Assembly (NCBI GenBank): GCA_013336275.1
Contig: JAAXUA010000003.1
Coordinates: forward strand, 130,698-194,697
DNA: 64,000 nt
From: Candidatus Falkowbacteria bacterium
GTDB lineage: Bacteria > Patescibacteriota > Patescibacteriia > Patescibacteriales > GWE2-39-37
Reading direction: 5' to 3'
This document shows, piece after piece, positions 9,331 to 18,769 of the stretch; positions within the stretch are counted from its first letter, which is position 1; the number at the start of each line of letters is the position of its first letter. Under the pieces are notes generated by a model. That model searched no databases. It was not told the DNA's origin and worked only from the letters and a program-made list of their open reading frames with translations. A program made the translations under genes and the position numbers.

Positions 9331-9352
9331 AGTGTTCAAGAAACTTGACACT
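9331..9352. promoter_or_regulatory. imperfect inverted repeat AGTGTTCAAGAAACTTGACACT; candidate LexA operator
   Basis: Outer arms AGTGT/ACACT and inner arms TCAAG/CTTGA. Sits in the divergent lexA / dinB-operon intergenic region and overlaps the -35 of the plus-strand promoter. Confidence 0.4.
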
Positions 9353-9373
9353 ACGTCAAAACCGCAGTAAACT
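9345..9373 (+). promoter_or_regulatory. promoter TTGACA-17-TAAACT for the small ORF-dinB operon
   Basis: TTGACA at 9345-9350 and TAAACT at 9368-9373. Confidence 0.5.
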
Positions 9374-9401
9374 AAGGGTACTTAATCATTAAAGCACACC
9401 T

Positions 9402-9650
9402 ATGCTTGAGCAAGTGCATGAACCGATCGAGGTCTTGGTCAAGTTTTACAAGGCCCAGGTATTCCCCTCGTTCTTTAAGTGGCGTGAAAAGACCTATAAG
9501 GTCGAAAAGGTGAATTTGGTGCATCGTCTGAAAGAGGGCGAAAACAACATTTACTATTTCAGCGTCAGCGATAATGCTAATTTTTTCCGACTGGCCTTCT
9601 TCACGAAAGACCTGTCCTGGAAAATCGAAGAGCTTTACCATGAAGCATAG
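9402..9650 (+). CDS. small conserved-looking protein co-transcribed with dinB (82 aa)
   Basis: Overlaps the dinB start by 11 nt. Aromatic and beta-rich (FFKWREKTYKVEKVNLVHRL...YYFSVSD...FRLAFF...WKIEELY). Resembles small SH3-like ORFs I recall upstream of Y-family polymerases; the family name is uncertain. Confidence 0.55.
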   Translation: MLEQVHEPIEVLVKFYKAQVFPSFFKWREKTYKVEKVNLVHRLKEGENNIYYFSVSDNANFFRLAFFTKDLSWKIEELYHEA

Positions 9651-10848
9651 GATCATCGTCCACCTGGACATGAATTCTTATTTCGCTTCGGTTGAACAGC
9701 AGGCTAACCCGTTTTTGCGCGGCAGATCAGTGGCGGTTTGCGCTTATTTGTCTGAGAACGGGACAATCATCGCTTCGTCTGTCGAGGCCAAGGCTAAGGG
9801 CATCAAGACTGGCACGCGGGTCAGTGACGCTTTGCGTCTCGACCCCGAGCTGGTATTAGTTGAAAACGAACCAGCCAAATATCGAACGGTCACGGAGCGG
9901 ATTTTCAATATCCTACGCTCGTATACTGATGCGATGGAGCCTTATAGCATTGATGAGGCTTTTATGGACCTGACTGGCTGGGTCAAGGATTTTGCCGAAG
10001 CCGAGCAGGTGGCGCAAAAGATCAAGCAACGCATAACGATCGAAGTCGGTGATTGGCTCCGCTGTTCAGTGGGTATTTCCTGGACTAAGTTTCTGGCCAA
10101 GTTCGCCGGCGATATCGCGCCAAAGGGCGGTGTCCTGGTGATCACGTCAGAAAATCTGGAAAGCTTCTTGCTTTGCGATGTGCAGACAGCTTGGGGAATC
10201 GGCAAAGCCATGGCGGCACGCTTGCGGAGCTATGGGATCGTGACGCTCCTGGACCTTAAGAACAGCGACCCGATATTGCTAAGGCTGCGTCTCGGCAGTT
10301 GCGGCTATTATTTATGGTGCCATGTCAACGGACGAGAGATTTCAGGCGTCGCCCAAGAAGCGTCTCTGCCTAAGTCCATCGGCCATTCTTATTGCCTGCC
10401 AAGAAAAACTAGCGACAAAGAATATTTGGCCAAGGCATTGCTTAAGCTCTGCGAAAAGACGGGGCGCAGGCTAAGGGCACTCGGATTGGAGGCGAAAACC
10501 GGACATCTTTACGCCAGCTGCCTCCATGATAGTTACCACCAGAAGACTTTTCGCAGCCAGGAGGGAATTTTTACGACCAATGATCTATTTATGCCCCTTC
10601 ACGCCTTTTTATTGCAGACCAATTTGCCATTGCCAGTCTTCAAACTGGCAGTTACGGTAACCGGATTGGCTCCAGTCTCGAACCAGCTGGAATTATTTTC
10701 CGATAGATCAAAACACAAAGACATTAGCCTGGCCATGGACAGGATAAATGATCGTTATGGTGAATACACGGTAAAGAGCGGCTTGATGCTGGGCAGCGAC
10801 GACATGGCCAAGGACCGTGTCGGCTTTCGTAAAGTGGCAGGCTTATGA
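9640..10848 (+). CDS. dinB: DNA polymerase IV (Y-family)
   Basis: MKHRIIVHLDMNSYFASVEQ...YSIDEAFMDLTG; canonical Y-family catalytic motifs. Start taken at ATG 9640; the track ORF begins upstream in frame. Confidence 0.9.
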   Translation: MKHRIIVHLDMNSYFASVEQQANPFLRGRSVAVCAYLSENGTIIASSVEAKAKGIKTGTRVSDALRLDPELVLVENEPAKYRTVTERIFNILRSYTDAMEPYSIDEAFMDLTGWVKDFAEAEQVAQKIKQRITIEVGDWLRCSVGISWTKFLAKFAGDIAPKGGVLVITSENLESFLLCDVQTAWGIGKAMAARLRSYGIVTLLDLKNSDPILLRLRLGSCGYYLWCHVNGREISGVAQEASLPKSIGHSYCLPRKTSDKEYLAKALLKLCEKTGRRLRALGLEAKTGHLYASCLHDSYHQKTFRSQEGIFTTNDLFMPLHAFLLQTNLPLPVFKLAVTVTGLAPVSNQLELFSDRSKHKDISLAMDRINDRYGEYTVKSGLMLGSDDMAKDRVGFRKVAGL

Positions 10849-10918
10849 TGATGGATGGCAGGGTGCCTTTTTCTAGGAAATGGCTTATAATGATGTAATA
10901 ACGATTAAAATCCAAGCA

Positions 10919-12010
10919 ATGCAAACCAAGATCATCACGACCATCGGACCGAAATCAGAAGCGCCTGAGGTTATTAAGAAGATGGTTGAAGCGGGGGTGG
11001 ATATGTTCCGTTTCAATTTTTCACACACCACCACAGAACAATTTTTAAGGGTTTCTAAACTGATCAGGAAAATTTCCAAGGAACTGGGCAAGGATATCAA
11101 GATCATTCAAGACCTTCAGGGACCGCGCATACGCGTAGGTAAATTGCCGGCTGAGGGCGTCATGCTCGCTGATGGCCAGGAAATAGGTTTTACGGTCGGC
11201 CAGAATGATTTGCCAAACAACCTGATCAACATTGATGACAAAAAGCTGTATGAAGACATAAGGCGCGGCGATCCGCTTTTCTTATCCAACGGTTCGATTG
11301 AGTTGGTAGTGCTGGCGGTAAAGGGTGATGTCATCTGGTGCCGCGTGATTCAGGGCGGCCTGCTGACATCGAGCAAGGGGGTTAATGTGCCGGGCACTAA
11401 TCTTAAGCGCGGCGGACTTACTGAAAAGGATATCGCCGACGTCAAATTTGCGCTTAAGACCAAACAGGTTGATTATGTGGCTCTGTCTTTCGTACAAGAA
11501 GCCGAGGATGTTTCCAAATTGCGAGGCATAATCAGGAAGGAGGCCGGTGAAAAAAACAAGATCAAGATCATTTCCAAAATCGAGCGAGGAGTCGCGCTCA
11601 AGGACATCGACCGGATAATAGTCGAGTCCGATGTCATCATGTTCGCTCGAGGAGATCTCGGCATCGAGGTACCGGTCGAGAACCTGCCGATCATCCAGAA
11701 GAATATCGTCCGCCATGCGCATTGGCACAACACCCCGGTCATTATCGCCACCCAAGTGCTGACCTCGATGATTATTAGTCAGAACCCGACCCGGGCCGAG
11801 GTCAGCGATATTTCCAATGCCATCTTTGATCGCGGCGACGCCGTCATGCTTTCCGATGAGACGGCGGTGGGTGCCCACCCGATCGAGGCGGTCAAGATAT
11901 TGAAGAAAGTGATCAAGCGGACCGAAGAGTATCTGGAAAAGAAGAATTTTTTCGATCCGGAAATCCAGCGTGGCACGGTCAATAAATACTCCAACTTAAA
12001 TGTTGGCTGA
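10919..12010 (+). CDS. pyk: pyruvate kinase, short form lacking the C-terminal domain
   Basis: MQTKIITTIGPKS..., FRFNFSH, ARGDLGIEVP, MLSDETAVG. It ends about 30 aa after the last TIM-barrel motif, roughly 364 aa. Confidence 0.85.
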   Translation: MQTKIITTIGPKSEAPEVIKKMVEAGVDMFRFNFSHTTTEQFLRVSKLIRKISKELGKDIKIIQDLQGPRIRVGKLPAEGVMLADGQEIGFTVGQNDLPNNLINIDDKKLYEDIRRGDPLFLSNGSIELVVLAVKGDVIWCRVIQGGLLTSSKGVNVPGTNLKRGGLTEKDIADVKFALKTKQVDYVALSFVQEAEDVSKLRGIIRKEAGEKNKIKIISKIERGVALKDIDRIIVESDVIMFARGDLGIEVPVENLPIIQKNIVRHAHWHNTPVIIATQVLTSMIISQNPTRAEVSDISNAIFDRGDAVMLSDETAVGAHPIEAVKILKKVIKRTEEYLEKKNFFDPEIQRGTVNKYSNLNVG

Positions 12011-12037
12011 CTCTATTAACAATAGTTAGATAAAAAT

Positions 12038-12069
12038 ACCGCGACTCCTGGTGGAGGTCGCGGTTTTTG
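12038..12069. terminator. bidirectional intrinsic terminator
   Basis: ACCGCGACTCC...GGAGGTCGCGGT followed by TTTTTGG, between convergent genes. Confidence 0.6.
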
Positions 12070-12080
12070 GTTGAAGACTA

Positions 12081-12740
12081 TCAAATGAGCCCTTGCCAAG
12101 GCACTATATCCTTTTCCGATAAGCGCAGATCAGTGGGCTTGTTTCTCGTCCGGTAAACCATGACAGAGGCATTTTCGAAGACGCCGAGATCGAGCTGTCG
12201 CATCGCCTCCTCTATGGATAGGCACTGCATGATTTTCTGGAACAAAATGAGCCAGTGTCCGTGAGTGACGACAAGCACCTTTTGCCCGCCGCAGTCTCGC
12301 TGCAGCATATCAAGAAAACTGTGGATGCGCAGTTCGATATCCGGCCAATTCTCTCCGCCAAGAGGACGGTAGTGATATAGGTCCTCTTTTTCTTTTCGCT
12401 CGATTTCTTCGGGGAAGCGGAGTTTTACTTGATTCAGAGTCATGGTGTGCCAGATGCCGCGCTGCCCTTCGGCTAGGCGAGGATCCTCGATTTTTTTGCA
12501 GTCGGGGAACATGATATCCAACGTTTGCCGGGCACGCTCGTAATACGAGCAGTAGTGCTTGTCGAATTCACCGAAAGCGCGTCTCAGGTGTGATCCGGTC
12601 AAGGCTGCTTGTTGTCTGCCTCTTGGTGTGAGAGGAAATCTGTAGTTGGCGACAAGGGCTTGGGCACGCTCATTCACCCCCATGATGTTGCCTTCGGATT
12701 CGGCGTGTCGAACGAGTATCAGTGTTTTGGGCCAGGGCAT
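12081..12740 (-). CDS. histidine phosphatase family protein (phosphoglycerate mutase-like)
   Basis: LILVRHAESEGN (RHG motif) and a later VVTHGH. Start set at the ATG preceded by AAGGAG; the track ORF extends 13 codons further. Confidence 0.8.
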   Translation of the reverse strand: MPWPKTLILVRHAESEGNIMGVNERAQALVANYRFPLTPRGRQQAALTGSHLRRAFGEFDKHYCSYYERARQTLDIMFPDCKKIEDPRLAEGQRGIWHTMTLNQVKLRFPEEIERKEKEDLYHYRPLGGENWPDIELRIHSFLDMLQRDCGGQKVLVVTHGHWLILFQKIMQCLSIEEAMRQLDLGVFENASVMVYRTRNKPTDLRLSEKDIVPWQGLI

Positions 12741-12917
12741 GATAGTTTCTCCTTTTATTTTTAATGATCTGCCTTTCATTCATATTTTTGCACAGTCCAT
12801 AGAGAAGTGTATTAGAGATGCTTCAATATTGAAATAAAATAATAAGAATAACCACCAATTTTGCTAAAGTTAAGTAATATACTATAATAATAAATGTACT
12901 TAAATTAATACACTTTT

Positions 12918-13652
12918 ATGAAAATAAGCGCACTTTTAACCCGTCTAGGACTCACCGAGGATGAGACTAAGGTTTATTTAGCTTTGCTGCGCACCGGCAA
13001 GTTGAATATATCGGAATTGTCGAAAGTTACAGGCCTTTATCGCCCGATGGTTTATAAGCTCCTGCCTCGACTGTATGGCATGCAGCTGGTCGCATATCAG
13101 AAGGTCGGCAAAAGAACTTATTATGTAGCGGAGAATCCGGCACAGTTGAAGCTGCTGGTCGATAAGCTGTCTGATGACTTGGAGATGGTATCAGAGGAGC
13201 TGTTTCAGACGTATCGCAACGGTAAGCAGCGGCCGGTCATTAAGAATTTCGAAGGCAAAGAAGGAATCAGGCGGGTGTATGACGAGATGATGAGCCTATG
13301 TAAGAAGGGTGATATCATTTATCGCTACGAATCTCCTAAAAATTATCAGAAAAACAAGGAATATTATCCGAGACTGTATCTGAACAAAGCTGCCGGGGCG
13401 CGGGAAAGCATCATTGAAAAATTCGTCATAACCAACGAGAAGACGCACATGCTGAGACATAAGAGGCTTGAGCGTTACTCCAAATACGTGCCCGCATCTT
13501 TCGACCCGTTCGAGTATGATATTACGCAGCTTATCTACAAGAATAGAGTGGTTTTTATCGATTACAAAAGAGAGGCGGCTAACGTGATCGAGAGCACTAG
13601 GTATGCCGAGTTCCAAAAACGGCTGTTCAAATTATTATTCGATAAGATATAA
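12918..13652 (+). CDS. TrmB-family transcriptional regulator
   Basis: N-terminal LGLTEDETKVYLALLRTGKLNISELSKVTGLYRPMVYKLLPRL is the TrmB HTH. Paralogous in layout to the 27336-28091 gene. Confidence 0.75.
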   Translation: MKISALLTRLGLTEDETKVYLALLRTGKLNISELSKVTGLYRPMVYKLLPRLYGMQLVAYQKVGKRTYYVAENPAQLKLLVDKLSDDLEMVSEELFQTYRNGKQRPVIKNFEGKEGIRRVYDEMMSLCKKGDIIYRYESPKNYQKNKEYYPRLYLNKAAGARESIIEKFVITNEKTHMLRHKRLERYSKYVPASFDPFEYDITQLIYKNRVVFIDYKREAANVIESTRYAEFQKRLFKLLFDKI

Positions 13653-13678
13653 ACGCGATCCTCTGCGATTGCTGGGGT

Positions 13679-13707
13679 TTGACAGAAACGGCAAAAAAGT
13701 GTTAAAT
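13679..13707 (+). promoter_or_regulatory. promoter TTGACA-17-TTAAAT
   Basis: Upstream of the decarboxylase leader. Confidence 0.45.
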
Positions 13708-13819
13708 TGGCCTATTCTTAGCATTTGATGTTAAACGATCTTTAGTCAAGAAATTACGAAAGGAGGAAGTGCTGTTGCGATGCATGAACGCTGTATAACC
13801 CCAAGACAAGGAGGAGGAC

Positions 13820-15166
13820 ATGCTTAGTAAAAAAACGAAAGACAGGCTGTTTCCGATGATTCCCGAAGCGCTGGAACTGGTGGCTCGAAACGGTTCATCA
13901 AGTCCGTTGTTGGCGAATATGCCTTCGTGTCAGCTTAGCCAAGGGGTTCACCTGATCGATCAGCAGACTTTGATCGATCGGGCCAATGAGATGAAGCGCC
14001 ACATCTGGCCGGACGGCGGCGGGACGAACTTGTTCGCGGTCAAAGGACAGCCCAACCACTGGGTCTTGAAGACTTTGTTGGATGCTGGCTTCGGCCTGGA
14101 CTGCAGCTCGCCGACCGAGATCTGGGATGCGGCGAAGGTCGGCACGAACGGTCATCCGGTGATGTACACCGCTAACGCGACTCCCTGGGAGCACCTGGAG
14201 TATGCCAGGCAGAACGGCGCCATCCTGAATCTTGATGATGACTGCTATCTCGACGAGCTTTCCGGAAAAATGCCGCAAATCATCTCTTTCCGGGTCAATC
14301 TGGCCAAGGCCAGGCAGGACGGTCAGAGCAAGATTATCGGCAAGGCGACGAAACAGAAATACGGCGTTCCCGTCGGTAGGCTAATCGAGGCTTTCCGCAA
14401 GGCCAAGAAGCTGGGCATCAAGAATTTCGGCCTGCACACCATGTATGCCAGCAATTGCCGCAGCTGGGAAACTCACGCCAAGACGCTTGAGATCTTGCTC
14501 GGCCTGGCATTGCAGCTTGAGGCCGCTCTGGGTATCAAGCTCGTCTTCATCAATGCCGGCGGTGGCATCGGCGTCGACTACAAACACCCCGATGACCAGA
14601 GCATCAAATATGGCGAAGATGACAAGCCGTTCAATCTTGAGATGTATGGAGCGGACGCCAACCGTCAGCTTGCGGAATTCGAAAGCGTGCATGGCTGGCG
14701 GCCGGTCCTTTATCTGGAGTGCGCGCGTTATGTTGCGGCTCCTGCTGGCATCTGGGTAGCGCCGATCATCTCGGTGACGCAGAAATATCGTCGCTTTGCC
14801 TGTATGGCGGCCTGCGACGGCGCTGACCTGTTGCGCGCTGGGATTTATCCGGCCCACCATCACATCGTCGTACTGGATAAGGACTTCCAGGAAGTGAAAG
14901 ACCGGAAGATCATCCGCCAGTCGATTGTCGGACCGCTGTGTGAGAACATCCACGCCGTCTCGCAGCGCCTACTGCCGGAAATCAGGGTCGGTGACCACGT
15001 CGTTTTCAGCGACACCGGTTGCCATGGTATCGAGATGGGCATGAATTACAACGGTTGGACCAAGTCCGGCCAAGTCATGCACCTGGCTGGCGGTGGTCTG
15101 CAGCTCATCAGCTTGCCTCAGACCATAGCTGACATCAGATCTTTACAGGTCCCGCTGAATCAATAA
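13820..15166 (+). CDS. PLP-dependent decarboxylase, Orn/DAP/Arg (group IV, alanine-racemase fold) family
   Basis: FAVKGQPN (PLP Lys), GGGIGVDY, GPLCENIH and a C-terminal beta domain. Substrate (DAP versus polyamine precursor) cannot be assigned by eye. Confidence 0.8.
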   Translation: MLSKKTKDRLFPMIPEALELVARNGSSSPLLANMPSCQLSQGVHLIDQQTLIDRANEMKRHIWPDGGGTNLFAVKGQPNHWVLKTLLDAGFGLDCSSPTEIWDAAKVGTNGHPVMYTANATPWEHLEYARQNGAILNLDDDCYLDELSGKMPQIISFRVNLAKARQDGQSKIIGKATKQKYGVPVGRLIEAFRKAKKLGIKNFGLHTMYASNCRSWETHAKTLEILLGLALQLEAALGIKLVFINAGGGIGVDYKHPDDQSIKYGEDDKPFNLEMYGADANRQLAEFESVHGWRPVLYLECARYVAAPAGIWVAPIISVTQKYRRFACMAACDGADLLRAGIYPAHHHIVVLDKDFQEVKDRKIIRQSIVGPLCENIHAVSQRLLPEIRVGDHVVFSDTGCHGIEMGMNYNGWTKSGQVMHLAGGGLQLISLPQTIADIRSLQVPLNQ

Positions 15167-15369
15167 GCGGCCGCAACAACGAACAGCCCGGAGAGCGATC
15201 TCCGGGCTTATTTTATGGCTTAATAATTATTTGATGACGGCGTAGAGATAGTTAAATACTAATTTTTAGATCGAACCCTCATTGTGCCGGCCCGAGGAAG
15301 TGCTTCTTAATGGTTGCTTAATTGTTTTAACCGATTATTATAATAATAATAACACCTTTCAAAAAACAT

Positions 15370-15762
15370 ATGAAAAACAATGTAGCGATTATTAGTGCGG
15401 TTGTGATACTGCTTTTAGGCGGAAGCTATTTTTATTATGGCACGAGCGACGATCAGCCAAAGATTTACGACAACCCAACCGGTGTGAACGATCAGCCAAA
15501 GACAGAGGCAAAAGCATTCGCCTTGTCTGATGTTGCCCAACACGCCACGGTTGAAAATTGCTGGTTAGCGATCGAAGGAAAAGTTTATGACGTCACGAAG
15601 TATATTGACGGAGGCAAACATCCTGGAGGCGCAGCGATTATTCAGGGATGCGGCCGGGATGCGACCGAACTATTCAACACCAGGCCGATGGGCTCGAAAA
15701 CTCCGCATTCAGATAAGGCAAAAAGCTTTTTGCCGAATTTCTATATCGGCGACCTGAAATAA
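15370..15762 (+). CDS. membrane-anchored cytochrome b5-like heme-binding domain protein
   Basis: N-terminal TM, then HATVENCWLAIEGKVYDVTKYIDGGKHPGG (cyt-b5 HPGG motif). Confidence 0.75.
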   Translation: MKNNVAIISAVVILLLGGSYFYYGTSDDQPKIYDNPTGVNDQPKTEAKAFALSDVAQHATVENCWLAIEGKVYDVTKYIDGGKHPGGAAIIQGCGRDATELFNTRPMGSKTPHSDKAKSFLPNFYIGDLK

Positions 15763-15810
15763 AACTTATCTAAAAAACGGGCCTAGCGGCTCGTTTTTGA
15801 TATCTGATTT

Positions 15811-17154
15811 TCAATCGAGTTTTCTCAGAGTCGCTCGCATATAGACCAAGGTGATGATAGCGGCAGTCGTGTTTATGATGAATACCCCCCACCAGACGCC
15901 CTTGAGTTGCCAGTCGAGAACTACAGCCAGAACCCAGAAGATCAGAAGCGGAGCGGCGATTTGGCGGTAAAGACCGATCCAGATCGCATAAAGAGGCTTT
16001 TTTAATCCTTGCAGCGCGGAGGTTGCGACATAGAGAGTGGTATAGGCGAAGTAAACGAAAGCGGAGATGCGCAAATATTCGACGCCGATACGGACAACCT
16101 CTCGGTCTTGGGAAAACAGCCCCATTAGCTGAGGTGCCAGCGCCAGCACCAACGCTGCCCCCATGATGGTGACATAGAAACCATAGAGCAGGCACAGGCG
16201 GATTGTCTCTTTGACTCGACCAAACAGCTTGGCCCCATTATTCTGTCCTACCAGCGTCAGGGCGGCGATGTTCAGTCCGACGATCGGCAGTACCGCCATC
16301 TGGTCTATCCGTGTCGCGATGCCATAAGCGGCTACGCCGGCCTTACCGTAGCGGCTTATGAAATAAGTAATGACAAATATGCCGATTGCCACGGTCAGCA
16401 TGTTGAGACTGGCAGGGAATCCTTGGCGGGCGATGTCGCGGTAATAGCGCCAACGCGGAATCAACATGTCCTTGCACTCTTTGCAGAAGATGTCCGTGCG
16501 GCCGACCTTTATCAGCAAATATACGGTTGTCAGAAATTGGATGACGACGGTCGCCCAGGCCACGCCAGCCAAACCCATGGCAGGCAGGCCGTAGCCGCCG
16601 CGGATGAACCAGGGATCGAAGATTATGTTGAGGAAAAAACCGATCACCAGGAGGTTGCGGTAAGTTTTGGTATTTCCCTGAGAGCTCAGAATGCCGCTGA
16701 GAACGAAGCTTAACAAGAAGAAGACCGAGCCGTAGAAGATCACGTTGCTGTAGCTCAGAGACATGGCTAGGTATGAATCACTAGCACCAAGAGTTCGGAA
16801 AAGAAAGGGTGAAAAAGCCAAACCAAGCCAGGTTAGGATCAGCGAAACAAAGAACCCGAAGCTGATGGATTGGACCGAGTAAAAGCGGGCAGACTTCATG
16901 TCGCCGGCCCCGAGCGAGTTGGCTATAAGTGCAGTGGCGGCGGTCGACACGCCTGAGCCCAGGGCGATAATGATAAAAAAGACCGGGAAAGAAAGGGAGA
17001 GGGCCGCAAGGGCATCAGTTGAAACTATTCCGGCAAAATAGGTGTCGACGACGTTGAAAAGCGTGTTGAAGAGGAATCCCATGCTGCTAGGAATTGCGAT
17101 CATTTTGATCAAGTCAGGAATGGGGGCGGTTGTAAGGTGGTTATTATTTTCCAT
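15811..17154 (-). CDS. MATE family efflux transporter
   Basis: 447 aa, 12 TM. N-terminal IPSSMGFLFNTLFNVVDTYFAG is typical of MatE. Confidence 0.9.
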   Translation of the reverse strand: MENNNHLTTAPIPDLIKMIAIPSSMGFLFNTLFNVVDTYFAGIVSTDALAALSLSFPVFFIIIALGSGVSTAATALIANSLGAGDMKSARFYSVQSISFGFFVSLILTWLGLAFSPFLFRTLGASDSYLAMSLSYSNVIFYGSVFFLLSFVLSGILSSQGNTKTYRNLLVIGFFLNIIFDPWFIRGGYGLPAMGLAGVAWATVVIQFLTTVYLLIKVGRTDIFCKECKDMLIPRWRYYRDIARQGFPASLNMLTVAIGIFVITYFISRYGKAGVAAYGIATRIDQMAVLPIVGLNIAALTLVGQNNGAKLFGRVKETIRLCLLYGFYVTIMGAALVLALAPQLMGLFSQDREVVRIGVEYLRISAFVYFAYTTLYVATSALQGLKKPLYAIWIGLYRQIAAPLLIFWVLAVVLDWQLKGVWWGVFIINTTAAIITLVYMRATLRKLD

Positions 17155-17262
17155 AGGGTTATTTTATTTTACCCTACCACCTTTTAGATAAAAATAAAAT
17201 TAGATTCGGAAGTATTGTTAAATATTTGCAATGTACTACTATTAATGTAAATAATCACACCT

Positions 17263-17940
17263 ATGAAAAAAATCAAAGTAACCAAAGATGGGCCATATAT
17301 AGTTTCGGGCTCAGTGCCGTTAGCCAAAGAAACCGCCGAGGGTGAATATAACGGTGGCCCGGAGCGGTGGCATACCGAGAGAAAATTTACGACCGGCGAG
17401 ATATATTCCTTGTGCCGTTGCGGACGATCAGGCAACATGCCTTTTTGTGACGGAGCCCATCTCAAGTTCGGCTTTGATGGAACGGAGACGGCTGGTTATG
17501 ACAAGTTTGTCGACAAGGCCAAGCTGATCACGGGGCCGGGACTGGACCTGCTTGATTGGTATGACCTGTGTTCTTTGGCCCGTTTCTGCCACCTGGGCAA
17601 TAACACGTGGAACGACGTGGCTAATTCCGATAATCAGAAATCGAAAGAAGATGCTGTTTACTCTGCCTGTTGCTGTCCCTCAGGGCGTTTAGTTCCAGTG
17701 GATAAAACGACCAACCAACCGATTGAGCCTGAGCTTGAGCCATCAATCAGTCTAACCGAAGATCCGATAAAGGATGTCAGCGGTCCCTTGTGGGTCAAGG
17801 GTGGCATCGAGATTGAGTCGGCCGAAGGAAAATCTTATGAAATACGCAATAGAGTGACCCTGTGCCGCTGCGGCAAGTCAGAAAATAAGCCATTGTGCGA
17901 CAGCTCCCATGTCGGCTGCAAATTCAAAGACAATCTTTAA
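17263..17940 (+). CDS. CDGSH iron-sulfur domain protein (two CDGSH motifs)
   Basis: CRCGRSGNMPFCDGAH and CRCGKSENKPLCDSSH. Confidence 0.85.
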   Translation: MKKIKVTKDGPYIVSGSVPLAKETAEGEYNGGPERWHTERKFTTGEIYSLCRCGRSGNMPFCDGAHLKFGFDGTETAGYDKFVDKAKLITGPGLDLLDWYDLCSLARFCHLGNNTWNDVANSDNQKSKEDAVYSACCCPSGRLVPVDKTTNQPIEPELEPSISLTEDPIKDVSGPLWVKGGIEIESAEGKSYEIRNRVTLCRCGKSENKPLCDSSHVGCKFKDNL

Positions 17941-17953
17941 ATCGATTTAGAAC

Positions 17954-17981
17954 CCCGCCGCTGAAAACGGCGGGTTTTTTT
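17954..17981 (+). terminator. intrinsic terminator
   Basis: CCCGCCG-CTGAAAA-CGGCGGG followed by TTTTTTT. Confidence 0.7.
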
Positions 17982-18049
17982 GATGACAGATTTAATGGCA
18001 GCTTAATATCGCCGGATTAAAATTAAAAAATAATTCTAAGATAAAACAT

Positions 18050-18730
18050 ATGAAAATCGGAATAATGGGAACAGGCATTGTCGGCCGGTCGCATGCCGAA
18101 AAATTAACCGAGCTCGGGCATGAAGTCATGATCGGAACCCGTTCGGTCGAAAAGACCATGGCTGAAGACAAACCCGACGGCATGGGGAATGTGCCATTCC
18201 GCGATTGGCATAAAAGTAACCAAACAGTGAAGCTGGGGACCTTCGACGAAGCTGCCCGATTCGGAGAAATCGTTTATGACGTATTGAGAGGCGAGGTGGC
18301 GGTGGGCGTTTTCGCAAGTTTGGATAAGGAGAGCTTATCCGGTAAGATTGTCGTGGATATTGCCAACGCTCTGGACTTTTCTCAGGGCATGCCACCGCTA
18401 CTCCTGGTGCATGATGGCAATTCTTTGGGGGAACAGTTGCAAAAGGCGATTCCTGGAGCGAAGGTGGTAAAAACTCTGAATACGGTTTCGGCTCAGTTGC
18501 AGACCAATCCGATGATGCTTAACGACGGCGACCATCAGGTTTTTATGAGCGGCAATGATCCTGACGCCAAGAAGTCTGTGGAGGCGATTTTGCGAAGCTA
18601 TGGCTGGAAGAATATTCTCGATTTGGGCGACATAACGACGGCCAGGGGAACCGAGCTGCTGATGCCGATGTGGCTCCGTTTGTGGGGTGCTCTGGGTACA
18701 CCCTTATTTAACTACAAGATAATCAAGTAG
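18050..18730 (+). CDS. NAD(P)-binding oxidoreductase (F420_oxidored/NADPH-dependent reductase-like Rossmann protein)
   Basis: MKIGIMGTGIVGRSHAEKLTELGHEVMIGTR dinucleotide-binding start; 226 aa. Confidence 0.7.
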   Translation: MKIGIMGTGIVGRSHAEKLTELGHEVMIGTRSVEKTMAEDKPDGMGNVPFRDWHKSNQTVKLGTFDEAARFGEIVYDVLRGEVAVGVFASLDKESLSGKIVVDIANALDFSQGMPPLLLVHDGNSLGEQLQKAIPGAKVVKTLNTVSAQLQTNPMMLNDGDHQVFMSGNDPDAKKSVEAILRSYGWKNILDLGDITTARGTELLMPMWLRLWGALGTPLFNYKIIK

Positions 18731-18769
18731 GGCTTTGTGTTTGCTTGTCGCGATCAGGCAGGCTCGTGA

